Below, in pieces: positions 9,950 to 19,688 of a stretch of 64,000 bases of DNA (position 1 is its first letter; every line of letters starts with the position of its first letter). A program made the position numbers and the translations under genes. This DNA comes from Patescibacteria group bacterium (GTDB taxonomy: Bacteria; Patescibacteriota; Patescibacteriia; UM-FILTER-42-10), in assembly GCA_041666845.1 (NCBI GenBank), contig JBAYGC010000002.1, forward strand, positions 12,499 through 76,498. Reading direction: 5' to 3'. The notes beneath the pieces were generated by a model. The model had not been told where the DNA came from. It saw only the letters and a list, made by a program, of their open reading frames with translations, and did not search any database.

Positions 9950-10396
9950 TTACTTATTACCAATTACCTGCTCCACCGCCCACGCCTGGTTTTTATGATA
10001 CAATTTCTTTAACGCATCAGCCGGTGTCAACCATACCACTTCATGATCCGGTGCGGTGGGAATGCCGATCTTTCTGACCATTTTTGCAAAATAAAAGTAC
10101 CCGTCATTATAGATGTAATCATTTTTGGTTGTTGAATAATGATACACGGCACTATTTCCTAAATATTTTCCGACTTCAATCTCCCAGCCCATTTCTTCGT
10201 TTGCCTCACGATACAAACATTCACTGTGGCTTTCTTTGCCGTCCAACCCACCGCCGGGAAGAAAATATCCAGTTCTTGTTTGAATTATTGCCAAATTATT
10301 TTTATCTTTATCAAAAATCAGCGCATAGACGCCGATGCGTGTTTTATACTTTTGACCGGCAATCTTTTCGCCAAATACGACTTTGTTTTTTAGCAT
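9950..10396 (-). CDS. NUDIX hydrolase
   Basis: LPGGG...RE..EEMG. Confidence 0.9.
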   Translation of the reverse strand: MLKNKVVFGEKIAGQKYKTRIGVYALIFDKDKNNLAIIQTRTGYFLPGGGLDGKESHSECLYREANEEMGWEIEVGKYLGNSAVYHYSTTKNDYIYNDGYFYFAKMVRKIGIPTAPDHEVVWLTPADALKKLYHKNQAWAVEQVIGNK

Positions 10397-10439
10397 AAAT
10401 ATCCAAAATCGGTTTATGTAAGTTCGATCTAGAAATTAC

Positions 10440-12197
10440 TTATTTCTGCTTATTAATCCGTAACCGAACATTTTTGGGCGTGATTTCCAAATATTCGTCT
10501 TCTTTGATTATCTCCAGTCCGCGCTCTAAAGTCAGCTCCATTGGCGGTGCGAGATTCAGTGCATCATCAGCCGCCGCCGCGCGCATATTGGTCAGGTGTT
10601 TTCCTTTGATCGGGTTCACATCCATATTATATCCCTTTGCGGCACTGCCGATAATCATTCCTTCATACACATCTACGCCGGGCCCGATGTACAGTGTCCC
10701 GCGTTCCTGTAAATTTGATAGTGAAAACCCGAGCGCTTTGCCGGTCGCCATGGAAATCATGGATCCGAAACTGTGCTTTTCAATTCCCTCAACATAAGGT
10801 TTGAAACCCGTTATGCGGGAGCTGATAATACCTTCACCTTTGGTATCAATCACAAATTCATTACGATAGCCGAGATAGCCTCTGGTCGGTATTTCAAAGA
10901 TTATTCGGATGTGGCTCAGCTCCGGTCGCATCTCAAGCATGTTCGCTTTGCGCTTGGATAGTTTTTCAATCACAACACCGGAATAGTCTACCGGAACATC
11001 CACGGTTATTTCTTCAAACGGCTCGCATTTTACTCCATCGATTTCTTTGATGATAACCTGCGGTTGGGAAACCTGCAGTTCATATCCTTCTCTGCGCATG
11101 TTTTCCAGCAGAATCGCAATATGTAGTTCACCACGGCCGAAAACTTTGTAATGATCAGTGGATGAAAAATCAATCCTTAAGCCGACATTAACTTCCAGCT
11201 CTTTCTGCAATCTTTCTTTGATCTGCCTGGTGGTGACATATTTGCCGTCTTTTCCGGCGAACGGAGAGTTGTTGGCCAAAAAGTCCAAAGAAATTGTCGG
11301 TTCGTCCACTTTAATGGCAGGCAGTGCTTCACGGTCTTCCTTTTCACAGATCGTTTCACCAATAAATATGTCCGGGATTCCGGCAATCATTACGATATCA
11401 CCCGCCGTTGCTTCCGGCACTTCCTTCTTTTTCAGACCTTCAAATGTATAAATCTTAGTGATCTTATTCGAGTTGGTATCACCATTAATTTTTTTAATAA
11501 AAACATTATCACCCACCTTCAATTTGCCGGTATAAATGCGGGATACCGCCATACGACCCAAAAAATTATCATAGCCGAGGTTAAAAACTTGTGCTGTTAA
11601 ATCTTTTTCTTCAAATACTTCTGAAGATGCCGGAGGCACTTCACGGAGAATCAAATCCAAAAGCGGAGTTAAGTCTTTTGCCTCATCTTCCATATGCAGT
11701 TTTGCTAACCCATCCCTGCCGATCGTATAAATTACGGCAAAATCCAGCTGTTCGTCAGATGCACCAAGATTCATAAATAATTCAAATACAGCATCATGTG
11801 CCCAGTCCGGTCTTGATGCCGGCTTATCAATTTTATTCAAGACGACAATCGGTTTCAGTCCTAGCTCTAGTGATTTTCTCAATACGAAGGTTGTCTGTGG
11901 CATCGGGCCTTCCTGCGCATCAACAACCAGAAGTACAGAGTCAATTGAACGCAATACCCGCTCTACTTCGGAACCAAAATCTGCATGGCCGGGAGTATCC
12001 ACAATATTAATCTTTGTGTCCTTATAAAAAACTGATGTGTTTTTGGAATAGATTGTAATTCCCCTTTCTAGCTCCAAATCATTACTGTCCATACTCACAC
12101 CTTCTTCCACCATATTACATTGACGCATTAAAGCATCCGTCAAAGCGGTTTTTCCGTGATCTACGTGAGCAATGATTGCGATATTTCTTATTTCCAT
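10440..12197 (-). CDS. typA: Translational GTPase TypA/BipA
   Basis: AHVDHGKT, DTPGH, NKID, GRGELH, EITPK. Confidence 0.97.
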   Translation of the reverse strand: MEIRNIAIIAHVDHGKTALTDALMRQCNMVEEGVSMDSNDLELERGITIYSKNTSVFYKDTKINIVDTPGHADFGSEVERVLRSIDSVLLVVDAQEGPMPQTTFVLRKSLELGLKPIVVLNKIDKPASRPDWAHDAVFELFMNLGASDEQLDFAVIYTIGRDGLAKLHMEDEAKDLTPLLDLILREVPPASSEVFEEKDLTAQVFNLGYDNFLGRMAVSRIYTGKLKVGDNVFIKKINGDTNSNKITKIYTFEGLKKKEVPEATAGDIVMIAGIPDIFIGETICEKEDREALPAIKVDEPTISLDFLANNSPFAGKDGKYVTTRQIKERLQKELEVNVGLRIDFSSTDHYKVFGRGELHIAILLENMRREGYELQVSQPQVIIKEIDGVKCEPFEEITVDVPVDYSGVVIEKLSKRKANMLEMRPELSHIRIIFEIPTRGYLGYRNEFVIDTKGEGIISSRITGFKPYVEGIEKHSFGSMISMATGKALGFSLSNLQERGTLYIGPGVDVYEGMIIGSAAKGYNMDVNPIKGKHLTNMRAAAADDALNLAPPMELTLERGLEIIKEDEYLEITPKNVRLRINKQK

Positions 12198-12204
12198 ATC
12201 TTAC

Positions 12205-12277
12205 TAAAAAAAGTCGCGCAAACTGCGACTAAGTTGATTAACTTGTACAGTATGCCTGATTACGATGTTTCTGTCAA
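12205..12277 (-). promoter_or_regulatory. typA promoter with terminator-like leader hairpin
   Basis: TTGACA-17-CATACT, then AGTCGC/GCGACT stem and T-run just before ATG. Confidence 0.55.
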
Positions 12278-12348
12278 CTCTCGGATGCACTGCATCAAAT
12301 TTAACATAATTATTATCTTTCAAGCTGAACAAATCCAGCATACCATTT

Positions 12349-12780
12349 CTATTCAAGCAAATCTATATTTTGACGGATAATAATCGGCTTCATCGCTTTA
12401 ATCTCGTCAGTATAATGCATTTGCGGAATATCATTCCATAAAAATATCTTTTTGTTCAAAACATGAGCAAATCCCATTTCTAAAAATGTATTGCCACCAA
12501 TATAGTTTTCAATCCCATTTTTACTGATATTAATAACCAGAACTGCATCATCCTTTTTCATCCGTTCCCAATTCCATCTGATCAAATCCTTAGAAATTGT
12601 ATATTCTGAAAACTCACCACCTTTTTTCAAACGTTTGACTTCTTCAACACTAAACTTGCCTTCTTCCATTTTGGTAACGGAATAGCATTGTGAAACTACA
12701 TATCCTTTTTCCTCTAACCTATTTTTAATCTCAATAGCTTCTCTACTAAAATCTAGACTATGCATTAAACCTATTCGCAT
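12349..12780 (-). CDS. Nucleoside deoxyribosyltransferase-like protein
   Basis: DAVLVIN...GGNTFLEMGFA..LNK. Confidence 0.6.
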   Translation of the reverse strand: MRIGLMHSLDFSREAIEIKNRLEEKGYVVSQCYSVTKMEEGKFSVEEVKRLKKGGEFSEYTISKDLIRWNWERMKKDDAVLVINISKNGIENYIGGNTFLEMGFAHVLNKKIFLWNDIPQMHYTDEIKAMKPIIIRQNIDLLE

Positions 12781-12789
12781 AAATCAATA

Positions 12790-13158
12790 TTATTTAATTA
12801 ATAAGCTTTCCTTCACCCGATATCGTACAATTTTAGCGATCAAACCTAAAGGCAGTGCCTTTTCAATTGGGAACTGAATCGCTCCCTTTGAAGTTCTGAA
12901 TTTTGACAATTCTTTTTTAAAAGCAGAGACCCCGCTCGGCGTCGGATAAAACCCGATGTGTTTGGCATATGCCGCGAAATGTACCAGGCTAGCATCATTA
13001 ATTCGAAATGTCGGCATATCATATCTGATCGCCTCTTCAGCACCTGGTGCCGCTTTTATGATAATCTGACGTAGCTTTTTCAATTCAATCTGAACATTTT
13101 TCGGATGCAAAGCAATGTACTCATCAATGTTCACAAATTTTCTACTGGATGAATTCAT
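12790..13158 (-). CDS. DUF1801/YdhG family protein
   Basis: E.I.Y.MPTF, KHIGFYP, SKGAIQFP. Confidence 0.9.
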   Translation of the reverse strand: MNSSSRKFVNIDEYIALHPKNVQIELKKLRQIIIKAAPGAEEAIRYDMPTFRINDASLVHFAAYAKHIGFYPTPSGVSAFKKELSKFRTSKGAIQFPIEKALPLGLIAKIVRYRVKESLLIK

Positions 13159-13178
13159 TTCTTTGTATAAATATTAAT

Positions 13179-14117
13179 CTATACTTTGATATTTTTAAGC
13201 ATATCCTTCGTCATTTTATCCAGGTCAAATTCGTGCTTCCATCCCCAGTCCGCCCTCGCCGCGCTGTCATCAATCGATTTCGGCCACGAGTCGGCTATTC
13301 TTTGCCGATCGTCTGGATTATAAGTGCATTTAAACCCGGACACACTTTTAGCAACTGATTCCGCCAGTTCCTTTGCTGAAAAACTCATGGCAGTCAGATT
13401 ATAGCTGGTTCGTACTTTAATATTTTCCGCCGGTGTCTCCATCAGTTCTATTGTAGCTCGTACACCGTCAGGCATATACATCATTGGCAATACGGTTTCC
13501 GGACTGACAAAACATTCATAGCTGTTATTTTTTAGTGCTTCGAAATATATCGCTACCGCGTAGTCGGTAGTTCCACCACCCGGAGGAGTTTTATAGCTGA
13601 TTAATCCCGGATAGCGCAGACTGCGAATATCCAGTCCGAATTTTTTGTGATAATACTGACACAACAATTCGCCGGCAACCTTGGTTACACCATACATCGT
13701 TGTTGGCTCAAGAATGGTATGTTGTGGAGTATTTTCGCGCGGAGTACTTGGGCCGAATGCCGCGATTGAACTCGGCCAAAAAATCTGTTTCACTCCGCGT
13801 GCGATGGAAATATCCAATATATTTTTCAAACCGTTCATGTTTACATTCCAGGCCAATTCCGGATTTTTCTCTCCGGTTGCCGACAAAATCCCGACTAAAT
13901 GAAAAATTGTATCCGGCTGATACTTTTTTACGAGTTCATCCAGAGCGTTTTTATCTGTAACATCCACACTTTCAAAGGGCCCACTATCCTGATCAACTGG
14001 TTCCTTTTTGGAATGGCCGACCGCTACAACTTCATTCTTGCCATATTTTTTTCTTAATTCAAAAACAAGTTCTGATCCAATTTGTCCGGTTGCGCCGGTA
14101 ACGATAATTCGTTTCAT
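13179..14117 (-). CDS. SDR-type L-threonine 3-dehydrogenase / NAD-dependent epimerase
   Basis: TGATGQIG, YGVTK, PGGGTTDY, SWP. Confidence 0.9.
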   Translation of the reverse strand: MKRIIVTGATGQIGSELVFELRKKYGKNEVVAVGHSKKEPVDQDSGPFESVDVTDKNALDELVKKYQPDTIFHLVGILSATGEKNPELAWNVNMNGLKNILDISIARGVKQIFWPSSIAAFGPSTPRENTPQHTILEPTTMYGVTKVAGELLCQYYHKKFGLDIRSLRYPGLISYKTPPGGGTTDYAVAIYFEALKNNSYECFVSPETVLPMMYMPDGVRATIELMETPAENIKVRTSYNLTAMSFSAKELAESVAKSVSGFKCTYNPDDRQRIADSWPKSIDDSAARADWGWKHEFDLDKMTKDMLKNIKV

Positions 14118-14136
14118 AATTTTCTGTTATATATTA

Positions 14137-14574
14137 TTATTTTACTGACCCACCAAGTTCGATTAGCAGATCCGATAATCCGGAAAGTCTTTTAATTTTA
14201 TCATTTGGAAATATTTCCTCAAAAAATGGTTCAGAATGCACTAGGGTCTCCTTCAAATTGCGTAGCCCGCTTGCTGTTATAGCCACAAAACTTACGCGGG
14301 CATCGCCGGTTGAAGCCTCCCTTTTCACTAATCCGATTTTCTCCATCGGTGCCAAAATCCTGGTCACTCCGGATGCGGTTAGTCCCATTTTTTCCGCCAA
14401 ATCGATCCGGCGCATTTTTTTGCCTGCAGCTCGGTTCAGATGAAACAGTATTACGAATTCATTAAACCCGATCCCGTCCAATCCGCCGTTAAACCGGCGG
14501 CTGTTTTCGGTCAAAACCCGGGACAAATTAATGAAAAGCTTTAGTGATGGGTTCACAGTTGTCATAATGGTCAA
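14137..14574 (-). CDS. MarR family regulator
   Basis: LTASGVTR..EKIGLV..DAR winged helix. Confidence 0.9.
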   Translation of the reverse strand: MTIMTTVNPSLKLFINLSRVLTENSRRFNGGLDGIGFNEFVILFHLNRAAGKKMRRIDLAEKMGLTASGVTRILAPMEKIGLVKREASTGDARVSFVAITASGLRNLKETLVHSEPFFEEIFPNDKIKRLSGLSDLLIELGGSVK

Positions 14575-14630
14575 TTAATATTTACTTCACATATCAAGTA
14601 TATATCAACTAAAATATTCAGTCAAGTATC

Positions 14631-15080
14631 CTAGTATTTATTTAGATACATATTTATCCCCTCCAGAATACCTGATGTGAAAAGCTTGGCTGGATCATGT
14701 TCTTCAAGTTTAACCCATTTATACCCGCTGTGTTCCGAACTTATTTTTATTTTGCCGCTAATCATCCTTGCTTCAAAAAATATGTACATGATGTGTATTT
14801 CTTTATTCTTACTCGTCATATTTTTCGGAATTAAATGGCGACCGATTCCGACGGGTTTTACATTTATAGTCAGTTCAATATCTCCAATCTCTTCAGCTAC
14901 CTCGCGTCTGATAATTTGCTCATATGGAATACCGAATTCTGATTCATCAATTCTACCACCAGGCAAATCATACATTCCCAAGAGACTCCCCTTCGGGTCG
15001 GAACCCAATACCAAAACTTCATCTTTATCATTTTTCAAAATCAGTTTTAGCGATATGTGATAATAATCTCTTTTGGGCAT
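14631..15080 (-). CDS. NUDIX hydrolase
   Basis: LPGGRI...RE.AEE, SEH. Confidence 0.88.
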   Translation of the reverse strand: MPKRDYYHISLKLILKNDKDEVLVLGSDPKGSLLGMYDLPGGRIDESEFGIPYEQIIRREVAEEIGDIELTINVKPVGIGRHLIPKNMTSKNKEIHIMYIFFEARMISGKIKISSEHSGYKWVKLEEHDPAKLFTSGILEGINMYLNKY

Positions 15081-15163
15081 GCAAGATAATATGTGAGTGA
15101 TTAATGTTAATTCATATTGAATTTACATCCAATCTGATCAATAGTCAAAGCAGTCGAGTCCGC

Positions 15164-16027
15164 CTACGAATAATCAGCACTATGTCTTCTATTTTTACTG
15201 TAAAACCGCCAATACGCAAATAATGAAAGGGTAAATATATATTGGATAATGAATTGTAGCCATTCCGGTTTGGAATACCAGCCAAATAATACATTCAACG
15301 GCAAACCGACTATCCCCTCCTTATGATTCATAAATGTTTCAGAATAATCAAATACCTTTGATAACAATATATTTTCAGACTGGATGTACCCGGCGGAATG
15401 TAAAGCTGAAAAACCCTCATGAACTCCGTATCCTAATAGATATCCCGCCTGAACTATGATATACACCAGAGTGATCTTGAACAGAGCTATGATGTTAATT
15501 TTGACCAGGGAATAATAGATAGCTAAAGCAATTGTAGCGGAAAAAACCAATCCAATAACAATCGAAATGTAGTCGTATTTTCCCGCAAATGAAAATAATA
15601 CAATTTCTACCCCCTCTCTGGCGATAAGTAAAAAAGACACAGTAAGCAAACCAGACTTAGTCAAAGCAACTGCTGTCTTATCTTCAACATATTGTTTTAT
15701 GCCATTACCATTACGGATCATCCAAACGATGAATACAGACACGGTACCTACCGCAATCAAACTTGCTACACTTTCCCACAGTTTTCCGATTTCATCCAAT
15801 AGGTCTAACTGGATGCTGATTGAAAACAACAAGTAACCAACGACTAGAGAAAATAAAACGGCCACAATAGCTCCGTTAATCACATTCCGATTCAAATGTT
15901 GATTGCCTGTTTTTGCTAAAAACTTAAAAATTAATACGACAATTAAACATGCTTCCAGCCCTTCTCTGAAAGACATAATTATCCCCGGTAATAAATTTCT
16001 CAAAATACAAATTCTCTCAATTAACAT
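15164..16027 (-). CDS. FTR1 family iron permease
   Basis: Two REGxE motifs (REGLE, REGVE). Confidence 0.92.
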   Translation of the reverse strand: MLIERICILRNLLPGIIMSFREGLEACLIVVLIFKFLAKTGNQHLNRNVINGAIVAVLFSLVVGYLLFSISIQLDLLDEIGKLWESVASLIAVGTVSVFIVWMIRNGNGIKQYVEDKTAVALTKSGLLTVSFLLIAREGVEIVLFSFAGKYDYISIVIGLVFSATIALAIYYSLVKINIIALFKITLVYIIVQAGYLLGYGVHEGFSALHSAGYIQSENILLSKVFDYSETFMNHKEGIVGLPLNVLFGWYSKPEWLQFIIQYIFTLSLFAYWRFYSKNRRHSADYS

Positions 16028-16233
16028 TAAGTGAATTCTGCCCCTAGCAGGACAGAATGTCAGAATTGCCGAACAAGCGGCAGTTGTAGAATTATATCAA
16101 AAATAAAATTAGTACACAATCTAAATTATTTCTAATTGTTAGCCGGTATTCCTCACAAATTTGCACTTTCAGCGAACATGGAGTAGTCTGATAATAATTG
16201 AGTATTTGTATTTAACATGATCTGCAAAACACT

Positions 16234-16713
16234 ATGCCCACACTCCCAATAGTTACCGAACCAAATCCAATATTAAGAAAAAAAGCGGAAATCATTAAGA
16301 ATCCATTATTTTCGGCTGTCCAGGAACTTATTCCAAAACTCACAGAAACTATGATTCAGGAAGACGGGATTGGTATCGCCGCTCCGCAGGTCGGCGAATC
16401 GATTCAGATGATTATTATCAATCAGAAAGACAGACCATTGGTAATGATTAATCCAAAAATATTAACAAAATCAATCCGTACCGAAATTGCAGAGGAGGGA
16501 TGCCTAAGCGTACCCGGAATTTTTGGCATGGTTAAAAGATCCAAAAAGGTTAAAGTCAATGCGCTAGATAGCTCGGGAAAGCAGTTTACAATAAAAGCGG
16601 AGGGTCTGTTGGCCAGAGTAATGCAACATGAAATTGACCATTTGAATGGTATACTTTTTATCGACAAGATGGTTAAAAAAACCCGGGATCCAGAAGAAGA
16701 TAATATTCTCTAA
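16234..16713 (+). CDS. def: Peptide deformylase
   Basis: GIGIAAPQ, EGCLS, QHEIDHL. Confidence 0.97.
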   Translation: MPTLPIVTEPNPILRKKAEIIKNPLFSAVQELIPKLTETMIQEDGIGIAAPQVGESIQMIIINQKDRPLVMINPKILTKSIRTEIAEEGCLSVPGIFGMVKRSKKVKVNALDSSGKQFTIKAEGLLARVMQHEIDHLNGILFIDKMVKKTRDPEEDNIL

Positions 16714-17216
16714 TTATTTTCAATAACTTTTTTTATAAATTTATTCTTTAATTTCCGATACAATTTTCCGTCACCATTAGCTGTTTTAACAGCTTGTTTT
16801 TTTAATGCTGCATATTCTTTTACCGCCTCAGGATTATTTATTAAGTAATTCCGGAACACAATTATCTGTTGCCATTCCTGAGCTTCAATATTTACTAGAT
16901 GAATATGCACACGCCTGATTTTATTCTTTCTGACGTAATCTTTCCGAAAAAAAATTCTTCCTGGAACGCTGGCTACTGCCCGGTATTCGTAACCCGCATT
17001 TTCCAGCTTTGATTTTGTTTTATCCATATGATTTTTTTTAACACCAACAACAATATCGACAATCCCCTTTCCACCTAACCCGTTTACTGCCGTACTGCCG
17101 ACATGTTCAATTTGTGCTTGATTGCCGAGTGCCTTACGTATTTTATTTTTTTCATACTGAAAATATTCTTTGTAGCTCTGATTATATTTCTTAAATACGT
17201 ATTTTTTTATTTCCAT
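16710..17216 (-). CDS. GrpB family nucleotidyltransferase-fold protein
   Basis: HVGSTAV.GL..K..VDI, HIH, FRNYL. Confidence 0.9.
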   Translation of the reverse strand: MEIKKYVFKKYNQSYKEYFQYEKNKIRKALGNQAQIEHVGSTAVNGLGGKGIVDIVVGVKKNHMDKTKSKLENAGYEYRAVASVPGRIFFRKDYVRKNKIRRVHIHLVNIEAQEWQQIIVFRNYLINNPEAVKEYAALKKQAVKTANGDGKLYRKLKNKFIKKVIENN

Positions 17217-17225
17217 TAATCTTAT

Positions 17226-17525
17226 TTACTTACTTCTATTTAGACTTTTGTAAACAGTAAAAATAAAATACGGCTGAATAAACATAAATATGTATTCTTC
17301 AATCGGCAGATTACCAATTTTAATCCCGGATAAACCGGAACCGCTATAATCAAAATACCAATGATGACTATAAACGGCAAAGCTGTCCCATGCAATCCCG
17401 ACGATCAGTAAAATCAAAATCGTAATAATTCTTTGCTTCCATGAATTATAAATACGAAATTTGAATTTCCATTGCAAAAATACACTGATCAACAAAATTA
17501 TAACCAATATGCTCAGATAATTCAT
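17226..17525 (-). CDS. Stand-alone lycopene cyclase domain membrane protein
   Basis: WD...W.F...G....LPIEE..F. Confidence 0.8.
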   Translation of the reverse strand: MNYLSILVIILLISVFLQWKFKFRIYNSWKQRIITILILLIVGIAWDSFAVYSHHWYFDYSGSGLSGIKIGNLPIEEYIFMFIQPYFIFTVYKSLNRSK

Positions 17526-17542
17526 AAATAAATATATTAATA

Positions 17543-17902
17543 CTAAACTAATTCCTCATCCTCCTGTTTCCAGGCCGGATCTACAATACACATAAATTTT
17601 AAATCTACATTTCCGGTATTTTTAATATACTGTTTGGAATTTGGTGGAATATATACAGCCTGCCCGGCACTGACATTTTCCACTTCTTCATTAACATGCA
17701 TTTCGCCATTACCTTCCATAATATAATAGACTTCCGATGTTTTCATGATATGCGGTTTTGATGCTGTTCCAACCTTGATTACTGCCTCCGCTAAGCTGTA
17801 GCCAATGTCGATATCGTCTTTGTTGGGATTAAAAAGCTCACGAAGAACAGCACCATCTCCGGCAACAATCGCATTACAATTTTTCAGTTCTCTGACAATC
17901 AT
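17543..17902 (-). CDS. Cupin domain protein
   Basis: H....EVYYIMEG.G, VYIPP. Confidence 0.88.
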   Translation of the reverse strand: MIVRELKNCNAIVAGDGAVLRELFNPNKDDIDIGYSLAEAVIKVGTASKPHIMKTSEVYYIMEGNGEMHVNEEVENVSAGQAVYIPPNSKQYIKNTGNVDLKFMCIVDPAWKQEDEELV

Positions 17903-17979
17903 AAATATATCATTAACAAAGTAAGCATATCACTTTTTTAGAAATGGATAAAATATTTGGTATAAAAAAAGAGCTCATT

Positions 17980-18192
17980 TTAGACGCTCTTGATTCCAGT
18001 ATTCACTTGGTGAGTACCGGTGTACACACCGTGCACGATCAACCCGACCCCGATCAGGACACCGGCGACAACGCCGATCTTCATGAGCAGTGGCATTGCA
18101 CGCCACTCGCCTCTCCAGTACGCAGAACATGCCTCTTCAAAGGTCAGAACAGGCTGTTCTGACTCTGTCTTTGCTTCGAGCGGTTCCGTCAT
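17980..18192 (-). CDS. GC-rich small single-TM hypothetical protein
   Basis: Own promoter TTGACA-17-TAGACT (18285-18257), SD-like AAGGGA, terminator at 17962-17991. Confidence 0.65.
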   Translation of the reverse strand: MTEPLEAKTESEQPVLTFEEACSAYWRGEWRAMPLLMKIGVVAGVLIGVGLIVHGVYTGTHQVNTGIKSV

Positions 18193-18296
18193 GTGATTCC
18201 CGTTCCCTTCTGTTGGGCAGGTTAGACTTCGGGGCGAAGAAAATGAGCTTCAGAGGAGTCTATCATGCTATTTTCATTTTGTCAAGCCCAGGAATT

Positions 18297-18575
18297 TTAA
18301 CCATAGATTATTGTCCCGATAACAACCAGTGTATTGATAAATAAGTTAACTGCATTCATAAAGACAAGTGGCTTCTTTTTATGCAGTTCACCGTATATAA
18401 TCCACAGGATTGAGTTAACGGCATATGCTCCCCAAGCAATTAGCGAGACCCCCTCCGCAGTTTTGTTAATCCAAATTTTGATTACCTGCGACGAGGTCAA
18501 TACCGGTATTGCAATACCCATGAAATACATGACTCGATCAAGCAGAAGGATATTGCCTTGCGCTTTTTTGTCCAT
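18297..18575 (-). CDS. SemiSWEET/PQ-loop family transporter
   Basis: Q..KIW..K.A.GVS...W...LW..YG; 3 TM. Confidence 0.8.
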   Translation of the reverse strand: MDKKAQGNILLLDRVMYFMGIAIPVLTSSQVIKIWINKTAEGVSLIAWGAYAVNSILWIIYGELHKKKPLVFMNAVNLFINTLVVIGTIIYG

Positions 18576-18678
18576 ATCAATTGCTCTCGATTCTAGCGGT
18601 TAATGCTATTTTCTTGAATATTATTCCTACATAAGTCATACTGTAAACACAGTATATCATATATTTATTCATTCAATC

Positions 18679-19641
18679 ATGACCACTGAAAGAAGTGAAA
18701 CGGACAATAAATTCAGAATAGCGTTTTTCGGCACGCCGGATTTTGCCGTTCCTGCTTTGCAAACACTGCTTTCCATGCCAGAAATATATATGGTTGCCGC
18801 TGTTACCCAGCCGGACAAGCCGGTTGGACGAAAGCAGGAGCTGACTGCCCCACCGGTAAAAAAATTGGCGGAAAAATATAAACTACCGGTCTGTCAGCCG
18901 GAACGGATAAAATCGGTAAAATTCGAACAGTGCTTGCGGAATGTCAATTTGGATTTAGCGATTGTTGTTGCTTACGGAAAAATTATTCCGGAAAAAGTTC
19001 TCGACATACCCAGATACGGGTGGCTGAATATTCATGGATCGCTATTGCCGAGATACCGTGGCGCTTCGCCAATTCAGGCGGCAATATTAAACGATGAAAA
19101 AGAAACCGGAGTAACTCTAATGAAAATTGACGCCGGCCTGGATACCGGGGCCATCATAAAACAAAAAATGATTCCGATCAGCCATGATGATAATTTTGAA
19201 TCGTTGCATGACAAACTAGCCACCCTCGGAGCAGATATACTAAGGGAATCGTTACTTGATTATTTATACGGAAAGCTGAAACCTGTACCGCAGGAAGATT
19301 CACGAGCGACTAAAACAGCAATCATCAAAAAGGAAGACGGCAGGATTGTCTGGACAAAAGATGCTTCAGAAATTGTAAGACACATCAGAGCATATAATCC
19401 GTGGCCGGGGGCATTTTGTAAACATAATAATAAAACAGTAAAAATCTCCTCAGCAGAAATCTCTGATACAAATTTGGGTCTGAAACCCGGCGAAGTATCA
19501 TACCAAAACAATTCAATATTTGTAGGCTGTGGTAAGGGCAATCTAAAAGTAATAAAATTACAACTGGAAGGCAAAAGGTTGCAAACAGCCAATGAATTTA
19601 TCAACGGAAATCCCGGTTTTAAAGAAATACAACTTACATAA
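18679..19641 (+). CDS. fmt: Methionyl-tRNA formyltransferase
   Basis: FFGTPDF, TQPD, NIHGSLLPRYRGASP, LDTG. Confidence 0.97.
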   Translation: MTTERSETDNKFRIAFFGTPDFAVPALQTLLSMPEIYMVAAVTQPDKPVGRKQELTAPPVKKLAEKYKLPVCQPERIKSVKFEQCLRNVNLDLAIVVAYGKIIPEKVLDIPRYGWLNIHGSLLPRYRGASPIQAAILNDEKETGVTLMKIDAGLDTGAIIKQKMIPISHDDNFESLHDKLATLGADILRESLLDYLYGKLKPVPQEDSRATKTAIIKKEDGRIVWTKDASEIVRHIRAYNPWPGAFCKHNNKTVKISSAEISDTNLGLKPGEVSYQNNSIFVGCGKGNLKVIKLQLEGKRLQTANEFINGNPGFKEIQLT

Positions 19642-19688
19642 ATAAATCAAAAATCCGCATTAGTTTGAACTGCGGAATTTTTATTGTA

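Noticed and set aside
16030-16090. Hairpins upstream of FTR1 as an attC site or iron-responsive leader
   Set aside because: Two short stems only, with no matching core-site pair; insufficient support.
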